From: Pelagomonas calceolata
Taxonomy: Eukaryota
DNA length: 64,000 bases
Direction: 5' to 3'
NCBI GenBank assembly: GCA_918797485.1
Contig: CAKKNE010000003.1
Span: 2,852,001 to 2,916,000 of the forward strand
The notes under the pieces are model-generated. The model saw only the letters and a program-made list of their open reading frames with translations. It was not told the origin of the DNA and did not search any database. Made by a program: the position numbers and the translations under genes. This document shows positions 10,759-21,470 of this stretch, piece after piece (position 1 is the first letter of the stretch; each line of letters starts with the position of its first letter).

Positions 10759-13130
10759 TCAATCATCCAGAGCGGGGCGCCACGACCGCCGCGCCACTCT
10801 TTCAGACTTCTGCTCGTCGTACGTGTCGAAGTTGTGGGCGTCGCCATCGTTCTGGACCTTGACGTCGACCGGCGGCTTGAGCTTGCCCTCCAGTAAATCG
10901 TCCCACCCAAAGCCCGAGAACCACCGATGCTTCTTGATCGCACCGACGCCCTGGCGCCCATTACCTAAGCGCTTGGACTGGCACAACTTTAAGAGCTTGC
11001 GGACCACATCATTGAGATAACGGCCGAAATGCGAGGGAAAGGCCATATTAGCTGAAAGGATCTTCTCGTAGACGTCCATCGGGTCGTCAGCATAAAACGG
11101 AGGCACTCCAGCCACTAACTCATATATCAGAACACCTAGCGCCCAATAATCGACAGCCTTATCATGGCCCTCATTCAAAATAACTTCCGGGGCTAAGTAA
11201 TCAGGAGTACCACACAGGGTCCACGTCTTTCCGGGGACCACCTTGGCCAGGCCGAGGTCGACGAGCTTGACGTAGCCTCGGTTGTCTAGCACTAAGTTTT
11301 CCGGTTTTAAGTCTCGGTAGGCGACCTTCTTGGCGTGCATGTGCTCGAAAGCCAGCACGACACCAGCCGCGTAGAATTTAGCTGAAGGCTCGTCAAATCT
11401 ACCAGCACGTCGTAAATGAGAAAACAACTCACCTCCGATGAGTAGTTCAAGTAAGAAGTACACGTCGTAGTCATCTTGGAACGCACACACGAGCTTGAGA
11501 ATGAAGGGGTGGTCGAGCATCATCAGTATTTCTCGCTCCATCAACACGTGTTCCTGGAGATTGTTCTCGCAGATCGCGTGCTTGGCCTGCGACTTGAGGG
11601 CATAGTGTCGCCCGGACGCTTCATGGCACGCCAATGCTACCGTACCGAAGGCGCCGTGTCCTAACGTTCTTATCACTGTTAGATCCTTAAGTCCAATCTG
11701 GGCCGCGTCGCGCTTCGTTAAGTCAACCTCCACTTCTTCCGACGAACCACTTGAGATGAGAGCATCAATGTCACCTAACAACGCGACAAAGTCTTCCCGA
11801 TCAACAGCTAGTACCTTGGCTCCAGTTCTTCCCGCGGTTATGGTGGCGTTTCTCTTGTCATCCCTAATAAGAGCGACTTCGCCGAAGTAGCGACCTCTAC
11901 CCAACGTATTGACCTTACTATTATCGACGTAGACATCGACATCACCGTCCGCGATCACGAAGAAGGTATGGCCTTCGTCGCCCTGGACGATCACGTTCTG
12001 GCCCGCAGGGACCACATCTTCGTCCATGGCATCCGCGAGTTTCGTCATCTGCTGGTCCGTGATGCAGTGTTTGAGCGGGCGCTTCTTCGTGCCCTCTGAA
12101 TTGATCAACTCCACTTCAGCTAACAAAGCTTTATATTCATCACTCCGTTGCTTCGCGTGCGAAGCCAGTACTAAGCGATATTCAGATCTCTCAATCTTCC
12201 ACAATATGACGGGCGTGCGAGCCACGATCGTCGCCGCTCTGGGGGTGTTGTACATCAGTGCCAGCTCACCGAACCCCGAACCGGGCCCCGGAGACGCGAC
12301 AGCTTTGGACGTTCCTTTGATGAAGGCGTCACACACACCGTCCTCGACCACATAGAAGGTAGCCCCTTCGTCGCCCTGTTTGATAATCGTACTACCCTTC
12401 GTAAATTGGACTTTCTCGAACTGTCCTAACAATTCTTCTTTCTCCTCCGGGCGGCACCGCTTGAAGAGGGGGTTCGACGACAGGCACCGCGCAATGGCTT
12501 CTCGCACCAAAGGCGCCTTGTAGACCGCTGCTTTTTTGGGAGCGTTCAAATCAATTTTGTCATTAACTTTCTTGTTGTCCATCTTCGCGGTGACGCACGC
12601 GAGCGCGAGTTGTCGTAAGCGCGCGAGCTCGGCCTTGACCTCGGACGGCGTCCTCAAATCGTCGGCGTTGGACCAGGCCTCGGTATCTTGCACGTCGAAG
12701 GCCGCGTGGACCTGCGTCGCGTCGCGTCGTCCTGGCGTCGAAGGCCGAAAGCGTCGTCGCGTCGACGGCGTGCGGCCCCCACGCCATCGCCGCGACCGTC
12801 GCTTCGATGGCGTGAGGTGAGCGCTGTCCATACGCCGTCGCCGCGACGCGGAGAGATGAGACGAGAGTGGCGGCGGCGGACGCGCCTTGTGTGTGCGTCG
12901 CGCGACGGCGGCGCGCGGCGCGCCGTCGTGGTTGGGTCGGGACGCCGGTTCTCATACCTTCTGCTTCATGTCCGACGGGACGCTCGCGCCTGCGACGCGC
13001 GTAGCGAGGTGTTGGGGCTGCAATGTATGGGGGTGGGCGCGCGGGCGCGCGGCGGCTGCCCTTTTTTGGACAAGCGGGGCGCGCGGGGCGGCGGCGCCTC
13101 TGGACGAAGTTATGGCTCACCTCCGCCCAT
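10759..13130 (-). CDS. PKG: cGMP-dependent protein kinase-like (two cNMP-binding domains plus AGC kinase); exons 13121-13130, 12958-12989, 10759-12711
   Basis: Two FGE(L/V)AL..R.ATI cNMP domains; GHGAFG, YRDLKPEN, TWTLCGTPDYLAPE. Two GT-AG introns give the N-terminus MGGGASVPSDMKQKVHAAF. Confidence 0.92.
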
Positions 13131-13391
13131 GGTCGTCGCGTTGCGAGCACGTAAAGGCAGCCTCTGCGGCGTTCACTCATGAGCCTTGTAGCTGCGGCTC
13201 GCCGGCGCCCCGCCTTGGTTCGGGCGTCGCGCCCGTCGCCACCTCTACAAGGTGCTCGTCGGAGGCGCTGTACGGCTCCGGCGCCGCGGGTGTTGCTTTT
13301 CGGCCCGCGCCGCTGCATCGCGGCTCCGCCCACTAGCCCTAGCACCGTAACAGATACAACGCCCCCCTCCACGCCATCGACGCACAGTTAC

Positions 13392-14465
13392 CTAGTCCTT
13401 AGCCGCCAGCCCCGCGTTCACCGCGTCCAACGCCTCTCGATGTAAAGCCGGCGCGCCCGACGCGACGATGCCCTCGACGCTCGCGTCTAAGTATGTTCCC
13501 AATCCGACGTCGATGGGCCTACCCTTCAGGTCGGTGATGGCGCCGCCCGCCTCCTCCACCACGCATTTGGCCGCAGCAAAGTCCCAGACGCGCTCGACGT
13601 AGCCCGGCCGCGGCAGCCTCGTAAAAAGATCGCCGCGGCCGCCCGCCAGCAAGGCGTGCTTCGCCTGGCTGTCGAGGCGCACCGGCTCACTTTTTAGTTT
13701 GAGGGTTCGGGCCGCTCTCTCAGAAGCGCCGTGGTCCGAATGCGAGGCCGCGACGCCCTCGATCAACAGACCGTCGGTCCACGATGCACGTTGTGTGGTA
13801 GTTAACGGCGTCCAGTCATCCTCGGCGTAAGGAGTCATAAAACAACCGGCGCCGCGCGCCGCCGCCACCACGACCCCGTCGCCATCACTTCCCTCACGTA
13901 AGCTCCCGTCCCTTTCGAGATTTGGGCACCCTAACACACCAACGACCGCTTCTCGTTCATAATCTCCCTCATAAACGTCGATCAATGAGAGCGCCGTGCA
14001 GTACTGCGCGCCTCTCAGGAACCCTTTCGTCCCATCGATGGGGTCCAGGACCCACCATCTTTTGGAGTTTGGTCGGCGCGTGTCCACGATGTTGCAGAGC
14101 TCCTCGACGGACACATCAGCAGCTGCCGCCGCGGCCTCTATACACCTACGCTCGCCCCGCTCCAGCAGATCCGCCGCGCTCTCCTCGGCCACGAAGCCGT
14201 CGTCCGGAAATAATGATGATAGCGCATCGATGACGACGCACTGGGCAGCCACGTCCGCCACCGTCACCGGGGAGGCGTCGTCCTTGGTCGCACTTTCGAC
14301 GTTGGCGAGGTCCCTTTGTAATTTTGTCGTGATCTGTGCGGCTCGTCGTACTGCTGCCACGGCGGCTGTCAGTTCTTTGGAATAGGCGTGCGCGGGGAAG
14401 GTGGTGAGGCTCCTCGCATGGCGCACGAGTTCCAGCAGCATGAGTACGCGTTGGTATCGGCGCAT
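13392..14465 (-). CDS. 3'(2'),5'-bisphosphate nucleotidase (HAL2/SAL1 family)
   Basis: KDDASPVTVAD, AEES, WVLDPIDGTKGFLRG, DSQAK, ERVWDFAA..VEEAGG. Confidence 0.92.
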   Translation of the reverse strand: MRRYQRVLMLLELVRHARSLTTFPAHAYSKELTAAVAAVRRAAQITTKLQRDLANVESATKDDASPVTVADVAAQCVVIDALSSLFPDDGFVAEESAADLLERGERRCIEAAAAAADVSVEELCNIVDTRRPNSKRWWVLDPIDGTKGFLRGAQYCTALSLIDVYEGDYEREAVVGVLGCPNLERDGSLREGSDGDGVVVAAARGAGCFMTPYAEDDWTPLTTTQRASWTDGLLIEGVAASHSDHGASERAARTLKLKSEPVRLDSQAKHALLAGGRGDLFTRLPRPGYVERVWDFAAAKCVVEEAGGAITDLKGRPIDVGLGTYLDASVEGIVASGAPALHREALDAVNAGLAAKD

Positions 14466-14551
14466 CAGGCGGCACCAATGCGGTCACGGGAGACTGCGCG
14501 GATACGATTTGAGCTGTGGTTGTTGCATGCGGCCATTGCGCTCGGTTCTGT

Positions 14552-14575
14552 GCTAGTGCCTTACATGCCGCTAGC
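14552..14575 (+). promoter_or_regulatory. CTAG-box element in divergent gap
   Basis: GCTAGTGCCTTACATGCCGCTAGC. Confidence 0.7.
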
Positions 14576-14620
14576 TCCTCTGTGTTTTGCACGAGACGAC
14601 CCCAGCACTGCGCCAGCGCT

Positions 14621-15871
14621 ATGGCCGCTAGTCTTGAGGAGCTCAGAGGCCTTGGCGCCAGAGCCGGCCCGCGTTTTGTCGAGCCGCGACGCGGAATGGT
14701 CAAAGCTATGGCGCGGAGAGCCAAAATGTCGCACCTCGGAGCGTTTCAGATCCTACCGGAGCACGTCGTACTTTCGTGTCTTGCGCGGGTACCGCGCGAA
14801 GACCACGACGCCGTCGCGGATTGCTCGACCGGCTTTCGAGCATTGATGCGCAGCGAGCGCTTCGTCAAGGCGCGGCGCGCCGAGGACATCACGGAGGAGA
14901 CGTTCGTTGCTGTCACGCGCGACTGTGGCTTGCTGGCCCTGGTGTCCGGGCGAATGTGGCGGCGCCTGGCTCCGATGCCACCGGAAATGCGCATCGACTT
15001 AGACAGCGATATTAGGTTCTGGGGTTCGGGTATCACGGTCATTGGTACCGAGCTCTTTATCGCCGGCGGCGTGAGATCAGATGGCAGCTGTGCTGTGGCC
15101 GTGCACGACGCCGTTGACGATTCTTGGTTCAGCATGCAGCTGCCGCCTTCGTGCCCTATAAATTTCTTCGCACTCGGCTGCGCGGGCCGTCTCTTTGGCG
15201 GCGCATTCAAAGAGCACCCTTATGGTACTATGGCCCCGGCCCAGAACAGCATCCTTTTCTGGTCTTGGGATGCGAACTCTCAGGAATGGGTCGAGCTCCC
15301 TTCGATGCCGCAGTCGATGGGGTTGAGCTACCGCGTCTATGGGGATAATTTGGACTCATTGATCACGGTCGCCGCGGAAGGTGAAATTTTCATCTGCGAC
15401 CGTTATCTCTCCCACTTTTGTGTGTTCGACGTTCTTTCGGAGACGTGGAGGCGCGTCGACATTCCTTTAGCAGCTCGGTACCTTGATCAATACAGCCCGA
15501 GCCTCTTTTACCACAGGGGCCTCGTCCACGTGCTGCGTCATCGTAGCCCTATTCCCCGACGCCTGGGTTACGGTAATGACCACATGGCCTACGACACGAT
15601 TAGCGAAGTGTGGGTTAGCATTAATGGAGGCTTGCCGAGACATACGGCACGCGGCCCGAAATACGTGCTCGGGGTGGTCAACCACAACGGCCCGGACGAT
15701 TACTTAATGCAGTTAGAGAAAGGAGAGAGAGGCGCGTCGTCTTGTAGCGTACACTTCTACGTGCGGCGGGACAATAGTTTCGGGCATGACGTAGCAGCCT
15801 GGAAGAAACCGATCAATCTCCCGATCCGCTACGACGCCTTCGATCAGGTCGCCTCCGTCGCCATGCCCTGA
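14621..15871 (+). CDS. F-box/kelch-like repeat protein
   Basis: LPEHVVLSCLARVP F-box-like motif; LFIAGG..HDAVDDSW and WVELPSMP kelch-like blades. Confidence 0.75.
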   Translation: MAASLEELRGLGARAGPRFVEPRRGMVKAMARRAKMSHLGAFQILPEHVVLSCLARVPREDHDAVADCSTGFRALMRSERFVKARRAEDITEETFVAVTRDCGLLALVSGRMWRRLAPMPPEMRIDLDSDIRFWGSGITVIGTELFIAGGVRSDGSCAVAVHDAVDDSWFSMQLPPSCPINFFALGCAGRLFGGAFKEHPYGTMAPAQNSILFWSWDANSQEWVELPSMPQSMGLSYRVYGDNLDSLITVAAEGEIFICDRYLSHFCVFDVLSETWRRVDIPLAARYLDQYSPSLFYHRGLVHVLRHRSPIPRRLGYGNDHMAYDTISEVWVSINGGLPRHTARGPKYVLGVVNHNGPDDYLMQLEKGERGASSCSVHFYVRRDNSFGHDVAAWKKPINLPIRYDAFDQVASVAMP

Positions 15872-15911
15872 GTAAAGTATGTGAGTTCCTAGATTTACTA
15901 CTGCGCCGAAC

Positions 15912-16646
15912 CTACACCTCGCACGACTCCAAGTAAGGCGCCGACACCTTGCGGAAGGTCACGTCCATGGCGACCTCCGCGAGCTCGTCGAGCGGCTTCA
16001 CGATGAACGGGATCATCGCGAGGCCGCACGCGGTCGGCAGCGCCGAGATCACGCCGCTCTGGTCCACGCCTGATGCATCTAACAGAGCGACGACAATCGC
16101 CACCAGCTGATGAATGGTATACCCCGGCAGCGCGACGGAAGCCGCGAGCTGCCAGATCAGGGCATCCACACCTTCGATGGCAGCACAAGTGTTTATGTTG
16201 TCACCCGCGTACTTGGTCCCATCTAAGACTTTCTTCGTCTTATCAATAGTGTCCGCGATGACGTACGTGATCGCGACCGCATACGAGAAGGGCACGCACC
16301 AGCCCGGTGTTAATGGGGCGAAGGCCTCGCCGACTTCGTTCGCGTAGCCCGCATATCGTAATGCGGTATCCCTATAGATGTCCACCTCCCCCTCCTCGAC
16401 GGGGTCATTCGTCAATACTTCGCCGTTGTTGCCTAACAGCGCGCCTTCGAGTTTTGTGCCCTCCGGTTCTCTCCCGAGCAGGAACGCGCCGGTGCCCACA
16501 AAGCACGTGGGGATCGCCGCGTAGCCGGCGCACTGCTCGAGGACGACCGCGTCGATGGCGTGCAATTTTGTCGTTGTCCGTCGTGTCACCGGTGCGACTA
16601 ACGCCTCGGCAGTGGCGAGCAGCAGGAGAGTGCGTCGTCTGATCAT
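15912..16646 (-). CDS. MTFP1: MTP18/MTFP1-family protein with signal+transit-type presequence
   Basis: DIYRDTALRYAGYANEVGEAF..SYAVAITYVIADTIDK..WQLAASVALPGYTI..IPFIVKPLD. Confidence 0.85.
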   Translation of the reverse strand: MIRRRTLLLLATAEALVAPVTRRTTTKLHAIDAVVLEQCAGYAAIPTCFVGTGAFLLGREPEGTKLEGALLGNNGEVLTNDPVEEGEVDIYRDTALRYAGYANEVGEAFAPLTPGWCVPFSYAVAITYVIADTIDKTKKVLDGTKYAGDNINTCAAIEGVDALIWQLAASVALPGYTIHQLVAIVVALLDASGVDQSGVISALPTACGLAMIPFIVKPLDELAEVAMDVTFRKVSAPYLESCEV

Positions 16647-17235
16647 AGTGACGCGTGAATCGGTGAGTGGCGATTTGGGTCCACCGTTGCCTATAGGACG
16701 TATGGAAGCCTTGGCTAGCTTTGAGTGCAACGAGAGTGCGTATTTGGCAGCGGGGCGTGCAACAAAAGACAGGCGTGGCGCATTTTGATTCGGGTTTTGT
16801 CCGATGTTCGAATTACCTCTATCTCGTCGGAAACACGGATGCAAGACGAATTTGGACAGCTCGCGTGCCAAAAAACGGAGTTTCAGAGAGCTGCTCTCTT
16901 TGGTGATGAGGCTGCTGCAGGTTGGCAAACACACCGATCTGAAGCTCCACCAACACTCTGAGCAGCGCACGAGTCGCATTAATCACTCAAAGAAGCGCTG
17001 CCGCAAAAGCCGTCTGCTCTCTCGCAGAGCATACAGCACAAAAAACACAGCAAGCCCAGCAGCGTCCAGCAAACACGACGTCGACGCGGCGAAGACGACA
17101 CAACCAGATAGGGACAACAGAACTTATTGAATGTTGAGGAATTCTGCAGTGGAATCTCATTAGCTGAGCCGACACACAAAACACAAGCCGACGCGCGGCT
17201 CGAGCGAGACGCGACATAACACAGTTCACACAGGC

Positions 17236-18825
17236 ATGAGTGATTTAGTCATCGGCGTCGACGTCGGCACGGGAAGCGCACGAGCGGGCGTCTTCGACCT
17301 CGCAGGAAAGCGCCTAGGCAGCGCGACGCGGAACATCAAGACCTGGACGTATAACGGAGGTGACTTTGTCGAGCAGTCCTCGGAAAATATTTGGAGGAGC
17401 TGTTCGGAAGCCGTCAAGGAAGCTTTGGGGGATATCGCTAAAGATAGAGTCGTCGGCATCAGTTTTGATGCAACGTGTTCGTTGGTCGTGTTAGATAGCT
17501 CTGGGGAACCTCTATCCGTCTCCGACGAACAAGACTCGGCAAATGAGAGGAATATCATCGTGTGGATGGACCACCGCTCGGAACAGGAAGCGAGAGCTGT
17601 CAATGAAAAAGGCCACTCGGCATTAAACACTGTGGGCGGTGTCATCAGCCCAGAGATGGAGATCCCCAAGATCATGTGGCTTTCCAAACACAAGCCCGCA
17701 TGTGCACGGGGGAAATTATTTGATTTAGCTGATTACCTGACGTGGAGGGCTTCTGGCGTTAATGTGAGATCTTTATGTACGTTAGTCTGCAAGTGGAACC
17801 TCGACGCGGATAGTAACGGTGCGCGGTGGAACGACGACTTTTTGGCGAGTGTGGGGTTGTCATCCTTACGAGCGCAGTGCGACATCGGTGGTGAGTTCAA
17901 GGCGCCCGGTTCCGAGTTAGGAACGCTAACTCAAAAAGCATCTTCAGACTTGGGACTCAGTACGACAGTCAAGGTGGGCGTCGGCATTATTGATGCGCAC
18001 GCGGGCGGAATCGGGTGCGTCGGGGCGTCACAACACCCCATGGAAGGTAGATTGGCACTGATAGCCGGGACGTCGGCCTGCCACATGTGCTCGACCGAAC
18101 AGCCGTGCTTCGCTAAGGGTGTGTGGGGCCCCTACTGGGGGGCCATGGTCCCCGGCTACTACCTGAACGAAGGCGGCATCTCGGCCGCGGGTCAATTGTT
18201 AGACTTCTTAGTGCAGAATCATGCGGCATATGCTCAAATACCGGCGGACCAGAACGACTACGCTTACCTAAATAACCACTTGGCGACGATGGGTCCCTCC
18301 GTGGCTTTGCTCGCGCGGCACGTCCACGTCGACCCCGACTTTCGAGGGAATAGAGCGCCTCTGGCCGATCCGTCTAGACTAGGTTCTGTGGTGGGGTTGT
18401 CCTGCGACAACTCGATGGACGCTCTGGCTGTTTTGTATTTAGCAGCAGTACAATCAATAGCCTACCAGACGCGACATATCGTCGACCAACTCGTCGATTC
18501 AGGGAGAGCGCCGATCACGGAGGTGTTGATTACAGGAGGATTAGCGAAGAATCCGGTCTTCGTCCAGACTGTTGCTGATGCTCTACATGTGAATGTAGTA
18601 CTGCCCGAGGAAGAGGAGGCCGTGATGTTGGGGGCGGCCGTGCTGGGCGCGACGGGCGCCGGCAAATTTAAAGATGTGGAGACGGCGATGGCGGCGATGA
18701 CGCGGCCCGGCTCTACCATCAAACCGGACGCGTCTCTAGCAGCCTTCCACGACGCGAAGTACGCGTGTTATCGGAAGCTGTCGGCGGCGCAGAGTGAGTT
18801 GAGGGGGCTGATGGGGGCGGTGTAA
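17236..18825 (+). CDS. FGGY: FGGY carbohydrate kinase (D-ribulokinase type)
   Basis: IGVDVGTGSARA, FDATCSLVV, WMDHR, SPEMEIPK, IDAHAG, GTSACHM, PDFRGNRAPLADP. Confidence 0.95.
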   Translation: MSDLVIGVDVGTGSARAGVFDLAGKRLGSATRNIKTWTYNGGDFVEQSSENIWRSCSEAVKEALGDIAKDRVVGISFDATCSLVVLDSSGEPLSVSDEQDSANERNIIVWMDHRSEQEARAVNEKGHSALNTVGGVISPEMEIPKIMWLSKHKPACARGKLFDLADYLTWRASGVNVRSLCTLVCKWNLDADSNGARWNDDFLASVGLSSLRAQCDIGGEFKAPGSELGTLTQKASSDLGLSTTVKVGVGIIDAHAGGIGCVGASQHPMEGRLALIAGTSACHMCSTEQPCFAKGVWGPYWGAMVPGYYLNEGGISAAGQLLDFLVQNHAAYAQIPADQNDYAYLNNHLATMGPSVALLARHVHVDPDFRGNRAPLADPSRLGSVVGLSCDNSMDALAVLYLAAVQSIAYQTRHIVDQLVDSGRAPITEVLITGGLAKNPVFVQTVADALHVNVVLPEEEEAVMLGAAVLGATGAGKFKDVETAMAAMTRPGSTIKPDASLAAFHDAKYACYRKLSAAQSELRGLMGAV

Positions 18826-18948
18826 GGCTGCGTTTTGATCGCGTGGTCGCGTAGAGCGTTCGCGTGTTTTTTGTGCGTTGAAAAAATCGGGTTTTGCAAG
18901 CCGATCAAGCCGCCGCGCAAAGCCCAATAGCTCGCCGCAAAACGCAAG

Positions 18949-19542
18949 ATGATCCTCACAAACTGCGCCGCCTGCGCCGCCCCACTGGCCCACAACGCGC
19001 CGCGTTGCGTTAGATGTTGGACCCGCTACTGTGATTCCACTTGCCAGCATGGCGCATCGGAAAGCAGCATTCTCGTCGTGCAGACCAATCTCGCGGGCAC
19101 CTATAGATCACTTGGGAGACTTGAAGACTGCATACGTACGCAGGGAGACGTATACTCTGGAACATTGAAGCTATATGGCGAGGAAAGTAGAGAAACCCTA
19201 GGAGACGCCTGCAACTACGCGAATGCCCTTTGCGGTCTAAAGCGCTACGCAGAAGCCAGGTCACTGTTGCGCAAAACGATTCCCGTGGCGCGACGTGTTC
19301 TTGGCGAGAATCATGATCTCACGCTCAGGATGCGGTGGATTTACGCGATGGCGCTCTACGAGGACTCCGCCGCCTCACTCGACGATCTACACGAGGCCGT
19401 GACGACGCTCGAGGAGACGGAGCGGACCGCGCGGCGCGTGATGGGTGGCACGCACCCGCTCACAATGGGGATTGAAGGGGCTCTGCGAGAGGCGTGGGCA
19501 TTGCTCCGCGCCCACGAAACGCCGCCCGCCGGGGATAAATAA
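18949..19542 (+). CDS. Truncated MYND-finger/TPR-repeat protein (internally deleted family member; possibly a pseudogene)
   Basis: CAAC..CVRC..YC..CQH is joined directly to kinesin-light-chain-like TPR helices (RRVLGENHDLTL, RRVMGGTHPLT). Confidence 0.65.
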   Translation: MILTNCAACAAPLAHNAPRCVRCWTRYCDSTCQHGASESSILVVQTNLAGTYRSLGRLEDCIRTQGDVYSGTLKLYGEESRETLGDACNYANALCGLKRYAEARSLLRKTIPVARRVLGENHDLTLRMRWIYAMALYEDSAASLDDLHEAVTTLEETERTARRVMGGTHPLTMGIEGALREAWALLRAHETPPAGDK

Positions 19543-19566
19543 TCAACGATCAATATTACACATAGC

Positions 19567-21159
19567 CTACGCCATCTTCGCCTTGCGCCGCACCAACCGC
19601 AACCCACAAACCACCAAGCAAAGCCCCAACAAAAACACCCCAAAGCAACAAACGGCAAAATGCGCGTGCGCCTTGCGGACGTCGCGCCGCTGCCAGTCCC
19701 GAATACTATCCACCGATTTAGCTAACTGAGCTAAAGTGTTCACCAAGGCGACGACCTCGTTCCTCTGGAGGACACCATAGCCCAACACGTCGCCCTCCAT
19801 CAATAATATCTTGAGCGCCGTGCCCAACCCGAGCACCTGGAGCTTGCCCCACAGCCGACACTTCTCGCAGGACACGCAGTCCATGATCGTCGACACGTTT
19901 CTAAATCTTTGGACGAACTGCGCCCGCAATTCCTCGACGGACTCTCGCGCCAGTGCCCGTTCCAAAGGCGACATACCCGGCCGGTCGGGAGCCTTGAATA
20001 GTAAGCTCTCGTCGAAAGCCGCTCGCGCCGCTTGCGCGGCTTCACACGTATCGTCCTCCTTGCTGAAGGGATCCGAACGACTGGCGACGAGTCGCCGGAT
20101 CATCTTCGCCGTTTCCACGTCATCTGCAGCATCACCAGTATCAAAAGCGTAGTTCTCGAGCTCCGGTCCCGCTCTCGTGACTGCTCGTAATACGAATAAA
20201 TAGGCGAAGTACAGGTTCTGCAACCTGTCTTCATGGGCCCCGACCCTGTTAAGAAATATAGCGTCGTTCGACAGCGCGTGGCAGACCTTGTCATCTACCG
20301 CGCAGCGCGCTACTGTAGCGCCAATAAAGGCCTGCCATCTTCGACGTAGCGACGCCGGCGCACTCATCACGACCTCCCAGAAGGTGAAGGGCGAGACCGC
20401 GATGTGTGTTGATATGGAAGCTTGTAGACCACTAATCAGCTTGTAGAAGACTCTACGTTCCAAGCATTGGCCACTGTGCTTGGGTTCCTCGGACCGCCAC
20501 GCTAACAAAAGCTGTTCCTTGGGAGGCGTCCTCTCCAGGTCGAAGCAGTTCTCTTCATATATAGATCGCCAAATTCTATGAGCTTGTTCGCCGTCGTAGC
20601 CCGTGTAGCCCTCGGGATTCCTTAATAGGTCAACGTAGTTCATCTGCTCGTCGTCGCCCTGGTCGATCCAAACCTCGTCGCCGCCCTGCTCTTGCCATGT
20701 ATCCGAGTCTTCTTGCCGATCTACTACCTGTAACTCCGAAGAACAGAGGAAGCCCGGCGTCGCTTCGTCCTTGGGCTGCTTCCAGGCGGATCGGTTCCGA
20801 TCCTCCTCGACCCATTTCGACGGCGCCTCCTCGTCGGTGCAGACGCGCACGGCGCAGCTTTCCCGCGCACATTGCCCGTCGTCGGGCCAGTATTTGCAAG
20901 GTCGATCCAAAGCTACTTTAAAGTAGCGGAAGAAGCGACGTTGAGTAAGATTCCTCAACAAAGGTCCGAAGACCTCCGACGTCGCCGCATCCACCACGTC
21001 GAAACTGCACGCGCACGTGTCGACGTCGCCAGCCCTCGGAGCCATCTCGCAGTAGCCCATGGCGGCTCTGCTCCAGGTGTCTCTTAGTGAATGGAGGGGC
21101 GACGCGCGTGCTGCGGTGACTGTGAGGAGAGCGATGAGCGCTTTGCGCCGGCGCGCCAT
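19567..21159 (-). CDS. ERO1: ER oxidoreductin 1
   Basis: FRYFKVAL.RPC, YVDLLRNPEGYTGY, WRSIYEENCF, LISGLQASIS, MDCVSCEKCRLWGKLQ. ATG at 21159 with a signal peptide. Confidence 0.96.
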   Translation of the reverse strand: MARRRKALIALLTVTAARASPLHSLRDTWSRAAMGYCEMAPRAGDVDTCACSFDVVDAATSEVFGPLLRNLTQRRFFRYFKVALDRPCKYWPDDGQCARESCAVRVCTDEEAPSKWVEEDRNRSAWKQPKDEATPGFLCSSELQVVDRQEDSDTWQEQGGDEVWIDQGDDEQMNYVDLLRNPEGYTGYDGEQAHRIWRSIYEENCFDLERTPPKEQLLLAWRSEEPKHSGQCLERRVFYKLISGLQASISTHIAVSPFTFWEVVMSAPASLRRRWQAFIGATVARCAVDDKVCHALSNDAIFLNRVGAHEDRLQNLYFAYLFVLRAVTRAGPELENYAFDTGDAADDVETAKMIRRLVASRSDPFSKEDDTCEAAQAARAAFDESLLFKAPDRPGMSPLERALARESVEELRAQFVQRFRNVSTIMDCVSCEKCRLWGKLQVLGLGTALKILLMEGDVLGYGVLQRNEVVALVNTLAQLAKSVDSIRDWQRRDVRKAHAHFAVCCFGVFLLGLCLVVCGLRLVRRKAKMA

Positions 21160-21331
21160 GGTGTGGCTGTGGCTGCTTGTTTTGTTTTCGGGGCGCGCCG
21201 ATGGCGTTGCTGTCTTGCTGAGCGCTCGGTTAGCGTCGTCTGGCAGCGATGCGAACGTATGCGCTAGCGGCAATCAGTTATACCGAGCGGTATGGCTCTG
21301 GAGCGACACGCGGAAGCTACTCGACGAATTC

Positions 21332-21354
21332 CTAGCGGCCGGTAACATACTAGC
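21332..21354 (-). promoter_or_regulatory. CTAG-box element upstream of ERO1
   Basis: Reverse complement reads GCTAGTATGTTACCGGCCGCTAG. Confidence 0.6.
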
Positions 21355-21470
21355 ATACGGGAGGGGTACGGGGGACCCCGCGACGTAACTAGCCTGAGCC
21401 TGACGTCCCACACCCACGCCACCGCGCGGCGTTTGCCGCGTTTCCCCCGCCCACGAGTCCCGGAAACTCC

